Origin: Candidatus Poribacteria bacterium
GTDB taxonomy: Bacteria; Poribacteria; WGA-4E; PCPOR2b
Length of the DNA stretch: 64,000 nucleotides
Direction of reading: 5' to 3'
NCBI GenBank assembly: GCA_965208325.1
Contig: OZ242326.1
Span: 672,001 to 736,000, forward strand
The position numbers were made by a program, and so were the translations under genes. Below the pieces are notes generated by a model that was not told the origin of the DNA, searched no databases, and was given only the letters and a program-made list of their open reading frames with translations. This document shows positions 1 to 11,438 of this stretch, piece by piece. Within the stretch, counting starts at the first letter, position 1. Every line of letters starts with the position of its first letter.

Positions 1-166
1 AAAAAAGAGCTATCAATAACTCATCAATTACCTCTTCCTGGCCGACAATCCGTTTTTTGAATTCACTCAATATGGATTCCCGCGCCTTTCTCAAGAACGC
101 CGCCGCTTCTAAATTTGCATCTGGTACGTCTTGAGTGTTAGATGTATTCAAATAATTGTGCTCCAT
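1..166 (-). CDS. MoxR-family AAA+ ATPase, N-terminal part (runs off the window start)
   Basis: Manual minus-strand translation from ATG at 166 (alternative TTG at 151): MEHNYLNTSNTQDVPDANLEAAAFLRKARESILSEFKKRIVGQEEVIDELLIALF; RIVGQEEVIDELLIALF is the typical MoxR N-terminus. Not in the ORF track. Confidence 0.75.
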   Translation of the reverse strand, partial: MEHNYLNTSNTQDVPDANLEAAAFLRKARESILSEFKKRIVGQEEVIDELLIALF

Positions 167-557
167 TGAATGACCGGCTTGTGATGTCTTGCTGTGTTCA
201 TCGCAGAATAGTCAAGGCAAATCTCTACGCAAGACGCGTAGATAAGGAGATTTCTCTCCGGCTTCTTTATGTTGTTTTGCTATTCGGTAAATCACAACTT
301 AATAAAAATCGAAATTACTCTTACCTGATACCTACTGGAAGGTTTCTCTAACGAAACAAATTTTGGAGCGCCTTGAAAATGCTAGGATTAGATATATCGA
401 AAGGCTTCATTTGAAATGGAATAATAATGGAAGGGAATGTAAGAAACTAATGAGGTGGGCAACAATCACCAAATCCAACTACGTTCATTAGGCTGCTGCG
501 AATAATTTGAAACTTCGGGGTGACTGTTGCCAACCTAAGGGGGCAATGCTAGCTAAA

Positions 558-842
558 TTAGGAACAAGCGTCCTTCAGTCCTTTGCCGGCCTTGAAACGC
601 GGCACTGTTTTTTCCGGAATGTCAATTATCTCGTCTCGATTTCGAGGATTGCGGCCTTGGCGGGGGGCTCTGGTTGCAACATCGAAGGTGCCGAAGCCAA
701 TCAGCCCAACGGAATCCCCATTTGATAGGGCATTTTGAATTGCTTCCAAAGCAGCATCAACGGCTGTAGTCGCATCCCTTTTGCTTAATCCGGTACTTTC
801 TGCAACGCTGCTCGCAACATCTTGCTTTGATAATCTAGCCAT
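558..842 (-). CDS. hup: HU family DNA-binding protein
   Basis: MARLSKQDVAS...VGLIGFGTF...RQGRNPRN...PRFKAGKGLKDA; AGGAG RBS before ATG at 842. Confidence 0.93.
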   Translation of the reverse strand: MARLSKQDVASSVAESTGLSKRDATTAVDAALEAIQNALSNGDSVGLIGFGTFDVATRAPRQGRNPRNRDEIIDIPEKTVPRFKAGKGLKDACS

Positions 843-1103
843 ATGAGCATCTCCTGTGAAATTTGAGTTAAAAATAATCAAAAATCTTCAGTAATGACTG
901 AATTTCGCCCATTATACTGTGAATCAAATTTCCTGTCAAGAAAAAACACAATGATGATTCGGCTTAACAACCGTTTAAGAAAAAAAACGTAGAAACCGTG
1001 GAATTTTTGTTGACTGGATACCAGAAAACGGGTAAAATGACGCCCTGATGCATCTAGGTTAAAGACGGCAATACTGTTCACTGAAGAGGCAATAGAGACC
1101 ACT

Positions 1104-1946
1104 ATGATGATTGGTGCTCACGTTTCCACCGCAGGCGGCATACACAATGCGATTTCCAATGGAACAGACTTAGGGTGCGACTCTATCCAAATCTTCCTTA
1201 AAAACCCGAACCAGTGGGCTGGCAAGTCACCTTCCGAAAGCGACATAGACCAGTTTATCGAGCGCTGGCGGGAATCTCCCATCCAAGAGATATTGATTCA
1301 CGACATCCATCTCACCAACCTCGCCTCCCCAAAGAAGGATGTGCTTGAAAATTCGCGCGAACAGTTCAATGTACAAATGCAACTCGCGGCTCGCCTCAAT
1401 ATCCGATACATCGTGACACATCTTGGCGCGCACCTTGACTCGGGCGAAACCGAAGGATTGCAGGTGTTAAGCGATAGCCTCAATTTAGCGCTGGAACAAA
1501 TCACCGGCGGAGACGTAGAAATCTTGTTGGAAACCACGGCCGGGCAAGGGACTAATCTAGGCTACTGTTTTGAACATTTGCGTCAGATTATCGATATGTC
1601 TGAAAATCCAGAAAGGATGGGGGTCTGCTTCGATACGTGCCACGTCTTTGCAGCCGGCTACAACCTGTGTACGGACGCCGACTATGATGAGACATTCGAA
1701 CGCTTTGACCAGATTATCGGCTTGGATCGGTTGGTTGCATTCCACCTCAACGACGCCAAATCGGCGTTTAACAGCCGTGTGGATCGCCACGATCACATCG
1801 GCGAAGGAAATCTCGGAATTCCTCCCTTTCAACGCCTCGTAAACGACCCTCGATTTGAGCACACCCCCGCAATTATCGAAACGCCCAAGATGAAAGAGAT
1901 GCACGCAACCAATCTTGCAGTGTTGAGGGATTTAGTAGCGGGTTGA
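1104..1946 (+). CDS. nfo: Endonuclease IV (AP endonuclease)
   Basis: IGAHVSTAGG, LLETTAGQG, GVCFDTCHVFAAGY, FHLNDAK, RVDRHDHIGEG, IIETPK motifs. Confidence 0.96.
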   Translation: MMIGAHVSTAGGIHNAISNGTDLGCDSIQIFLKNPNQWAGKSPSESDIDQFIERWRESPIQEILIHDIHLTNLASPKKDVLENSREQFNVQMQLAARLNIRYIVTHLGAHLDSGETEGLQVLSDSLNLALEQITGGDVEILLETTAGQGTNLGYCFEHLRQIIDMSENPERMGVCFDTCHVFAAGYNLCTDADYDETFERFDQIIGLDRLVAFHLNDAKSAFNSRVDRHDHIGEGNLGIPPFQRLVNDPRFEHTPAIIETPKMKEMHATNLAVLRDLVAG

Positions 1947-1957
1947 AAGGGTTGAGC

Positions 1958-2143
1958 ATGTCCATCGGGTTCTGGGAAGTCGCAATCTTACTTACGGTTT
2001 TTCTAGGCATCGTATTAATTTCTCGCTATCAAACCAAGCGCATTTGCCGACAGTGCGGCTTTGCCATCCGCTCTTATACCTCCCATTGTCCGGAATGCGG
2101 GATGGTGTTTCCCAGGAAGAAAAGGCTGCAGGAGCGTGGATGA
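1958..2143 (+). CDS. Small membrane-anchored zinc-ribbon protein
   Basis: N-terminal hydrophobic helix, then CRQC...CPECG; its stop overlaps the next start (ATGA). Confidence 0.6.
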   Translation: MSIGFWEVAILLTVFLGIVLISRYQTKRICRQCGFAIRSYTSHCPECGMVFPRKKRLQERG

Positions 2144-2901
2144 GAATTACGTTTCTAGGAACGGGCACATCGCACGGTGTGCCAGTGATTGCATGCCGTT
2201 GCAGCGTATGCACATCAACTGACACGAAAAATCAACGCACTCGACCTTCCATCGTCATCACGCTCAACGGTAAAAACATCCTGGTTGACACCTCACCTGA
2301 ACTTCGAATCCAAGCACTCCGCTGCGGGGTAGAACGTGTCGACGCTATCTTATTCACGCACACCCACGCGGATCATCTGCACGGGCTTGATGACGTCCGT
2401 GCATTTACGGCGTTGCAAGACTCAGCCATCCCTTGTTACGGCAGCCCCCAAACGCTCGAGCGCATTCGTACTGTCTTTCATTACGCGTTCAAATTTCAGC
2501 ATCTCGGCGTCCTTATCCCGCAAATAGAATTGGTGCAAATTGAAGGAAAGTTCCAGCTATTTGGCGTTGAGGTGATTCCACTCGTTCTGCTGCATGGGAA
2601 GGCGGAGGTACTAGGGTTTCGTATTGGCAATTTTGCGTATGCAACAGATTGCAACCATATTCCGCCCGAGTCCATGGAACTGATGCGTGGTCTCGACCTT
2701 CTAGTGCTCGACGCACTGCGCTGGTCACCGCCTAACCCCACGCATTTCACCATTCCGGAGTCATTAGATATCGTAGAGCAGCTCAGACCGAAACGAACCT
2801 ACTTCGTTCACATGAGCCACGATGTCGAACATCACGATACTAATTCGAAACTTCCTGAAGGTGTTGAACTCGCTTACGACGGGTTGATTGTGGAAGTCTA
2901 A
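2140..2901 (+). CDS. MBL-fold metallo-hydrolase, PhnP/YcfH-like
   Basis: MRITFLGTGTSHGVPVIACRCSVC, THTHADHLHGLDD, AYATDC, HMSH, LAYDGL. Confidence 0.92.
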   Translation: MRITFLGTGTSHGVPVIACRCSVCTSTDTKNQRTRPSIVITLNGKNILVDTSPELRIQALRCGVERVDAILFTHTHADHLHGLDDVRAFTALQDSAIPCYGSPQTLERIRTVFHYAFKFQHLGVLIPQIELVQIEGKFQLFGVEVIPLVLLHGKAEVLGFRIGNFAYATDCNHIPPESMELMRGLDLLVLDALRWSPPNPTHFTIPESLDIVEQLRPKRTYFVHMSHDVEHHDTNSKLPEGVELAYDGLIVEV

Positions 2902-2936
2902 TAGCCTTTAGTTATTGAAACCATCAATTTTGCATG

Positions 2937-5377
<2,441 letters not shown>

Positions 5378-5520
5378 TTATATTGTTTTCCAACCTATTC
5401 TTCGAGTTACACTCACCAATATAACGGAGTAATCTTCAAAACCTCTCGCCGATTGCACTCAATGGTACAACGGTAAAGAAAATTTCCGGCATCACTATAT
5501 AAACCGAACTTCTGTTAGTC

Positions 5521-5545
5521 ATAAGATTCAATAATTCAAATCAAT
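5521..5545 (-). promoter_or_regulatory. Possible LysR/OxyR-type operator upstream of katG
   Basis: Minus strand ATTG-N7-TTAT (T-N11-A) in AT-rich DNA about 160 bp upstream of katG; resemblance only. Confidence 0.25.
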
Positions 5546-5999
5546 GGTTCCAAACGCCAAACCCTAACTCCTTCACAACGAAAAACGAAGGGTGTTGGGC
5601 AACACGAAAACATTGCAAGTTTCAGAAAGCAACAACCACCAAAATCCATATTCCCAAAGACCGCTGTTTCGGTGAGTTGTCCTTTTCACAGTTTCAATTA
5701 TCTCGCTTTATTTTTCAGTATTATAACATAATCAGGCAATTTTGTGCACGCGGTTCTACGGGTGAAACCGTCTCGGCGATTGACCGCAACCATCGTCTTG
5801 GTTTGACAGCTTGCTGGGCAACGACTCGCACAACTAGAATTCAAATTTAGCGTATGTTATGTTAGATTTATTGCGTGTGATACTGCACTAGTTTTATCGG
5901 AATTAGAATGATTTGTAAAACTGACCATACTGGAAGTGTTGGCATAGTCGGACACCCCAATCAACCGTCTAGTTTTTGGGGAAATTTCACCAAATCAGA

Positions 6000-6953
6000 T
6001 TAATGTCTGAGTATCTTCTTACGATGCCAAGCCATAGCATCTTGTGCGGGGTAAAGATGTGCTCTGACCGGCAGTAGAATTGGTTTATCTTTGAGTTCGG
6101 AAAGCCTCTGCCCTGTTGGACCTCGATCTGTCATCAGATCGGAAACAACGATTTTATGGGTCTCACCTAACGAAAACAACCCTTTATCGAACGCCCAGTG
6201 ATGAAGTTTGCAGAAGGAAATGCCATTCCGAACATCATCATTCTTGGATATACGAAACGGAACGATGTGGGCTGCGTCCGTGGCGCTTTCACCGTCCATA
6301 GTGAGGATACGCAACTCGCATGCCGCACAAGTATAATCATACAATCGCATAATGGCTTGCCGGAAACCCGCGCTACGAATCTTTGAGTCTATTTGACTAG
6401 GTTTTTCCAGTTTCTTGGTTGAAAACGGGAGTTCAATGTGGTCAATAAGAGATTTTCCGTACGCTCCAATATGTTGAGTCTCAGTAATAAGACGTTCAAT
6501 CGATTCTTTACACTCTGAGAAATAGGTGTGGATAATCGTCTGGCGAATAGTCTCTCTATCACGGGCATCAGTGAGTAAAAGAAATAGGTCTTGCTCTAAA
6601 CTCGCGTTGGCAACGATTTCGCGAAGCCGAGAGACACTTTTGATTTGGGTCGCGACCTTTAACGCCGTTTCGTACCCTGAGTTTGGGTGCAGGTGCCAAA
6701 ATCCTTCGCTTTTCAAGTGGAAAAATGGCATGGCAAGATCAGGCTTCCGACGGGTTACTTTTGGCCAATATCTCAGGAAAATCTCCGCCAACTCTGGGGA
6801 GACAGGGATACTATTTTCAGTAACCTGCCCACCCTCAATCAGTTCGATGACCGCCAACATTAGGATTGGCTTGTGCGGCGCGGGACCACGTGCCTTGTCT
6901 ATATTCAAGCGTCTCATCTTGCGGACATATTTGTGAAGGATTTCGGTGGACAT
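6000..6953 (-). CDS. SBD-HNH type IV restriction endonuclease (phosphorothioate-DNA-binding type)
   Basis: N-terminal APHKPILMLAV and PFFHLKSEGFWHL (sulfur-binding-domain-like); C-terminal YDYTCAACEL...AAHIVP...DVRNGISFCKLHHWAFDKG HNH. Confidence 0.85.
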   Translation of the reverse strand: MSTEILHKYVRKMRRLNIDKARGPAPHKPILMLAVIELIEGGQVTENSIPVSPELAEIFLRYWPKVTRRKPDLAMPFFHLKSEGFWHLHPNSGYETALKVATQIKSVSRLREIVANASLEQDLFLLLTDARDRETIRQTIIHTYFSECKESIERLITETQHIGAYGKSLIDHIELPFSTKKLEKPSQIDSKIRSAGFRQAIMRLYDYTCAACELRILTMDGESATDAAHIVPFRISKNDDVRNGISFCKLHHWAFDKGLFSLGETHKIVVSDLMTDRGPTGQRLSELKDKPILLPVRAHLYPAQDAMAWHRKKILRH

Positions 6954-7331
6954 ATTATATTTGTGGCAATTTAGTCATGGTTTTAGGGACATTAGCGAAG
7001 AGTCCGAATCTGCATCCGAGAAATGCTACTCTGGGGATTCCCTTTAGATAACCTACGATTGATCCTCTCGAATGACCAAACAATGTAATATTCGTCCGGT
7101 AGAAAAAACCTAACGGAAAGCAAACCGTCCATATGGCAATCGAGATTGCTTTAATACTTGCTCTAAATAGTTTACCACATTCGATAAATGGACAGTCACT
7201 TTTTTGCAAAGGTGTCATTAAATGGCTAAACACAGGGGCTGTCGAATAAATTTGGCCGTTGGATTCTAATAGCTGCGGAGGACTTGAATCGGAGGTGCCG
7301 GGATTCGCAGCACGCCGTAGAAAGACCAATG

Positions 7332-7358
7332 TCCATTATGCTATACTAGCATAATGGA
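7332..7358. promoter_or_regulatory. Perfect 12-bp inverted repeat overlapping an extended -10-like box
   Basis: TCCATTATGCTA-TAC-TAGCATAATGGA; contains TGnTATACT; lies between the divergent HNH and methyltransferase genes. Confidence 0.5.
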
Positions 7359-7486
7359 GTTGTGAAGCAGTCATATGTAGGCAAAAAAAAAATAGGAGGC
7401 TATTTTGGGTTAAATTGTGCCAAATCGTTGACCGAAAATTTTACGTTTAAATTTTCGCGTACGTTTCAGACCGGAGGCACTAATTC

Positions 7487-7924
7487 TTGACGTCATGGGA
7501 TGAGTTGTTCGCTGATGAAAAATGTTGTGAGCTGATCCCTGAGACCGCAGTCTATCGGTTTTGCAGTATGGTGGAGGGTGCATTTGAGGAACGACCGCTG
7601 AGGTTCTGGAATCTCAGCTGCGGTGTGGGCAGACACTCCGTGGCGCTAGCCCGGCTCGGTCATGATGTCTACGCAATTGATGACGCACAGTGCGCAGTTG
7701 ATTTGGCAAAACAACGGTTGGCGGACATGACAGAATGCACCCCGCAGCCTCGCTATTTTCACGGCGTGGTCAGTTGGAACGTTTTGCACCACAACAGAAT
7801 TGCAGCCATTCGCGAGGCTGTATCGCACATTTATGAATCGCTGATTCCCGGCGGGATGTTGATTGTCACTCTCAAATCGGACAAAGCTGAATATGCCGGA
7901 CAGGGGAGTAGCTCTTGTAGGTAG
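7487..7924 (+). pseudogene. Degenerate class I SAM-dependent methyltransferase
   Basis: Eroded motif I (FWNLSCGVGRHS), VVSWNVLHH, LIPGGMLIV; appears internally shortened, and the reading frame ends inside the repeat starting at 7912. Confidence 0.65.
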
Positions 7925-8027
7925 GGTAAAGCGGGTTGAATGAAAAATGTGATTTTTGCGGCATGAGTATAGTTTGTAGATTGAGTTCGAGATTAGTTTG
8001 TGTGGAGCGAAACCCAACCTACAAGAG
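7912..8027. repeat. REP/MITE-like element with CTCTTGTAGGT[AT]GGGT terminal inverted repeats
   Basis: ctcttgtaggtagggt ... acccaacctacaagag; internal sequence shared with copies at 8931 and 10898. Confidence 0.8.
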
Positions 8028-8789
8028 TTAATGCTTCGTTTTAAAAACCGAGTTGTGAAGAAAAAACTCGGTTTTAAATGAAGGTTGCGATTTGGAAATC
8101 GGTCCTACCGAGGGCAATTTGATTAGCTGCGATAAGGAGGCGATTCTGTAACCGGTGTACCCGGTATATCTGTTTCTTCGATCGATTAGAACTGCCTTAA
8201 TTCCTGCTCGCTCCGCTCCGTGAATGTCGTCTTCAATTGAGTCGCCGACCATCAATACTTCAGAGTTGGCAGCGCCAAGATCGCTTAAAACATACTCAAA
8301 TGCCTCGCGGTTGGGTTTGAAGAAACCAATCTCCTCCCCGATGTAGATGTTTTGAATATATCGGGATAATCCAACAGTCTTAAATTTGGCTCTTTGACTA
8401 TCGGATGGGCCGTTCGTTAGTATGACTGCTTCAATTTCCTTTTCTCCTAAAATCTTTAACATAGGAATTGCATCCGCGAATAGCTCTATCTTTTGCGTGA
8501 TTTCCTGGATGTAAGTATGATTCAATTCCGAGGTGAGTTCGCAAATCCTCCCGTGAGTGCCTTTTAGGACATCGGCAAACCGGTGAAATCTGTATTGCTC
8601 TCTGGTAATAGTCTTGTCGGCGAACTGACGGAATAGCGCAGGCGCTACGCGGTTGAATCGATTCCAAAATGCGTTTAAGTCTAGCGCATGCGTTTGCAAG
8701 ACCTCGTTTATGCGGGACTTTGCATTTCCTTCGGCACTCTGAAAATCGAACAGCGTATCATCTGCATCGAAAATTATGTATTTGATCAT
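8028..8789 (-). CDS. HAD-superfamily hydrolase (YjjG-like nucleotidase)
   Basis: IIFDADDTLFDF, ILTNG, KPNREAF, MVGDSIEDDIHGA; the last ~25 codons read through repeat DNA. Confidence 0.9.
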   Translation of the reverse strand: MIKYIIFDADDTLFDFQSAEGNAKSRINEVLQTHALDLNAFWNRFNRVAPALFRQFADKTITREQYRFHRFADVLKGTHGRICELTSELNHTYIQEITQKIELFADAIPMLKILGEKEIEAVILTNGPSDSQRAKFKTVGLSRYIQNIYIGEEIGFFKPNREAFEYVLSDLGAANSEVLMVGDSIEDDIHGAERAGIKAVLIDRRNRYTGYTGYRIASLSQLIKLPSVGPISKSQPSFKTEFFLHNSVFKTKH

Positions 8790-8798
8790 ATCCGCGAC

Positions 8799-9400
8799 GT
8801 CAAGAAACCAAGTTTTGAAGAAAAAAACTTGGTTACAAAAATTCTAAAGGAAGGAAAGTAGGCAAGCGCTGTGTGCTCTAAATCGTAAATTAAGCTTTGA
8901 AGCCCGATGACAGCATCGGGACTGGTTTTTGTAGGTTGGGTTAAGCGGGTTTGAGGAGAAATGTGAGCTATGCGGCATGAGTATAGTTTGTAGATTGAGT
9001 TCGAGATGTGTGTGTGATGCGATACCCAAGGATCGAACAGCAGGATATGGCGTGCGATAGTTTAAGTGACAGTGAAGACTATCGCCTTCGCTATTCGCTC
9101 AGTTGATCGTTGGGTTACGCTCCGTTTTTTTCCGAACCAAGTCCTACGGGAATCGGTACGAATCTTTTCGCATGACTGCTATTGGGATTACCCGCTTAAC
9201 CCAACCTACGAGATCTGAAAACGGCACACGGAGTGTGCCTACTACTTTAACGCGGCTGGAAGCCGCTCCCACAGGAAGTGTGTTGAGGTGAAGGTTATGG
9301 GAAGACTATCGCCCTCGCTATTCACTCGGTTGATCCCACCCTATTCAGTCGGTTGATCCCTCGCTATCCGCTCGGTTGATCGCTCTACCCAACCTACAAG
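8799..9400. repeat. Composite REP mosaic
   Basis: Contains an AAACCAAGTTTT...AAAACTTGGTT hairpin, GTAGGTTGGG and CCCAACCTAC ends, ACGGCACACGGAGTGTGCC, GCGGCTGGAAGCCGCTCCCAC, and 3x23-bp tandem at 9314-9382; the same modules recur at 9965-10011 and 10898-11325. Confidence 0.85.
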
Positions 9401-9411
9401 AACTTGTTATC

Positions 9412-9930
9412 TTAATCGAGTGAGGGTTCGAATCCCGGTGAATCGTGCATTAGGGCGTCAACGCTATCGGCGGCGCTTTGCAATTCACGCCGAACTCTGA
9501 AGTTCAATTCCCACAACGCGCATTTGTTACTATCCCAATGCAGTAATTCCATGGCACGGGTATAATCCAGCCATTTATACTCCGAATGTTCATAGGATAG
9601 TTGCAACTGTTCCTCTTTGACCTTGACCCCAAAGCAATATTCGGGAATAACCAAGACATCGCTGCCCCATCTGAAGCCGCAAACGTTTACCACGGGAACC
9701 ATCGCGAACGAATCGAGTTTTAGGAATTCATTACTTGGGTCAATGCCAGCCTCTTCGTGAGTCTCCCGTTTTGCGGATTCCAATGGAGATTCACCGTTTT
9801 CTCCACCACCGGCAATTCCCTGCCAATAACCGCCTGTCGAGGATTCGCGCCTAAAGAGCGCGTAATGAATCGTGTTGTCCGGCGCGATTCTGTAAGGAAG
9901 TACTAGGACTTGAAAAGGCGCGCGGCTCAT
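9412..9930 (-). CDS. NUDIX pyrophosphatase (NudB-like)
   Basis: MSRAPFQVLVLPY, WQGIAGGGENGESPLESAKRETHEEAGI Nudix box, LSYEHSEYKW. Confidence 0.9.
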   Translation of the reverse strand: MSRAPFQVLVLPYRIAPDNTIHYALFRRESSTGGYWQGIAGGGENGESPLESAKRETHEEAGIDPSNEFLKLDSFAMVPVVNVCGFRWGSDVLVIPEYCFGVKVKEEQLQLSYEHSEYKWLDYTRAMELLHWDSNKCALWELNFRVRRELQSAADSVDALMHDSPGFEPSLD

Positions 9931-9964
9931 ACTTTTTCTCCATGTTTTGTTAGATATTGAAGAG

Positions 9965-10011
9965 GTCAAGAAACCAAGTTTTCAAGAAAAAAACTCGGTT
10001 TTCAAAAATTC
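9965..10011. repeat. AAACC[AG]AGTTTT...AAAACT[CT]GGTT hairpin element
   Basis: Nearly identical to 8799-8844; related copies at 8043-8075, 11254-11286 and partial copies near 16276 and 16486. Confidence 0.8.
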
Positions 10012-10154
10012 GGCGAAGCTTTCAATACTCATTATTTTACATCAGACCTAGTCCGATGTAAAGTAACAACCATATTGTCATGGAATTGCGGGGTGCCGTT
10101 GAATGCGCACGGTCAGATGTGCTATACTAGCTAATCTTCAGGGGCGAAAATGAT

Positions 10155-10892
10155 ATGATTGGGAAAACGGCAACCGCATGGCTCGAAGCGAAAAAGCAAA
10201 AATACCTACGCGGGGTAGATCGGCAGACGTCGATTGTTATGCTCGGATCGGCGTTGCTTTTGATATTGTACCGCACCTACAGCCGCCGCAGTTTTTTTCA
10301 CACTCACTTTGCAGACAACTTCGGGGACCATGCGCTTTGGGAACTATACCCCTACTACTACTGGTTTTTTTCGACCACGGTTACGCTGCTGCTGATACCG
10401 GCGCTGGTCGCGATATTGGGAACAAATCAGAAAATTAGAGACTACGGCTTTCGATTGTGCAATGGCAAGTTAGGTTGGGGGCTGGCAGCGGGTGTTTGGG
10501 TGCTTATGGTTCCTTGTGTTATCCTCGCCTTACAGCTATTTCCGGCCTTCCAGAGTAAATATCCGCTATGCAAGTTAGCTGGGAGCCGCTGGCAGCTTTT
10601 TGTCCCGTACGAATTTGCTTACGGCATCTATATGTTCGCTTGGGAATTTTTCTTCCGCGGTTTTATGCTTTTCGGTTTGGAGCGGAAGTTTGGGAACAAT
10701 AGCATCCTGATTCAGACCATTCCATTTGCTGTGATGCACTACAACAAACCGTTACCGGAAGCGATCGGGTCGATATTTGCGGGGGTGTTTCTTGGTGTTT
10801 TCGCATTGGAAACCCGGTCTTTTATTTACGGTGCGGCAATTCACTGGTTTGTGGCGATGACGATGGATGTGTTGGCGGTTGTGTGGAGGTAA
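10155..10892 (+). CDS. CPBP (Abi/CAAX) family intramembrane glutamic endopeptidase
   Basis: Multi-TM protein; WEFFFRG, FAVMH, AAIHW motifs. Confidence 0.9.
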   Translation: MIGKTATAWLEAKKQKYLRGVDRQTSIVMLGSALLLILYRTYSRRSFFHTHFADNFGDHALWELYPYYYWFFSTTVTLLLIPALVAILGTNQKIRDYGFRLCNGKLGWGLAAGVWVLMVPCVILALQLFPAFQSKYPLCKLAGSRWQLFVPYEFAYGIYMFAWEFFFRGFMLFGLERKFGNNSILIQTIPFAVMHYNKPLPEAIGSIFAGVFLGVFALETRSFIYGAAIHWFVAMTMDVLAVVWR

Positions 10893-10897
10893 TTTAA

Positions 10898-11325
10898 GTA
10901 GGTTGGGTAGAGCGGGTTTTATCAAACATGTAAACAATGCGGCAAGAGTTTAGTTTGTCGATTAAGTTTAAAGCATGGAGGTGCAAAGCGAAACCCAACC
11001 TACAAAAACTTTACAGACCGGAGTGTGCTTACTACATCGCGGCTGGAAGCCGCTCCCACAGGAGGTGTGTTGGGGCGAAGACTATGGGAAGACTATCGCC
11101 CTTGCTACTCACTCGGTTGATCCCTCGCTGTTCGGTCGGTTGATCGCTCTACCCAACCTACAAAAACTTTACAGACCGGAGTGTGCCTGCTACTTTATCG
11201 CGGCTGGAAGCCGCTCCCACAGGAGGTGTGTTGAGGCGAAGTCTACTGCGTTTAAAAAACCGAGTTTTGAAGAAAAAACTCGGTTTGAATTGAACGTCGC
11301 GATGCGGAGATCGGTCCCACAGGGG
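10898..11325. repeat. Composite REP mosaic with an internal ~93-bp direct duplication
   Basis: GTAGGTTGGG...ACCCAACCTAC; the block acccaacctacaaaaactttacagaccggagtgtgc...gcggctggaagccgctcccacaggaggtgtgttg starts at both 10993 and 11151. Confidence 0.85.
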
Positions 11326-11438
11326 GAGGATTTCAATTGACAATGGCATGATTTACCTTATAATACGCAACCGTGAAAATTATCTATAAAATCTGATAGA
11401 AATATACATTCGAAACGAAATTCAACTTGGAGGAAATA

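Noticed and set aside
5840..5867. dif/Xer site (TTATGTTAGAT resembles a XerD arm)
   Set aside because: The would-be XerC arm (TTCAAATTTAG) lacks the expected inner ATAA; likely a chance match in AT-rich DNA
5400..5990. Riboswitch or ncRNA in the katG-HNH intergenic region
   Set aside because: No family consensus recognised by eye; an Rfam/Infernal scan would be needed
6955..7329. 124-aa ORF upstream of the HNH gene
   Set aside because: No RBS or recognisable motif; probably non-coding or decayed sequence
9314..9382. CRISPR-like 23-bp repeats
   Set aside because: Directly tandem with no spacers; part of a REP mosaic
10937..11349. Short ORFs in the repeat region before acs
   Set aside because: Entirely repeat-derived
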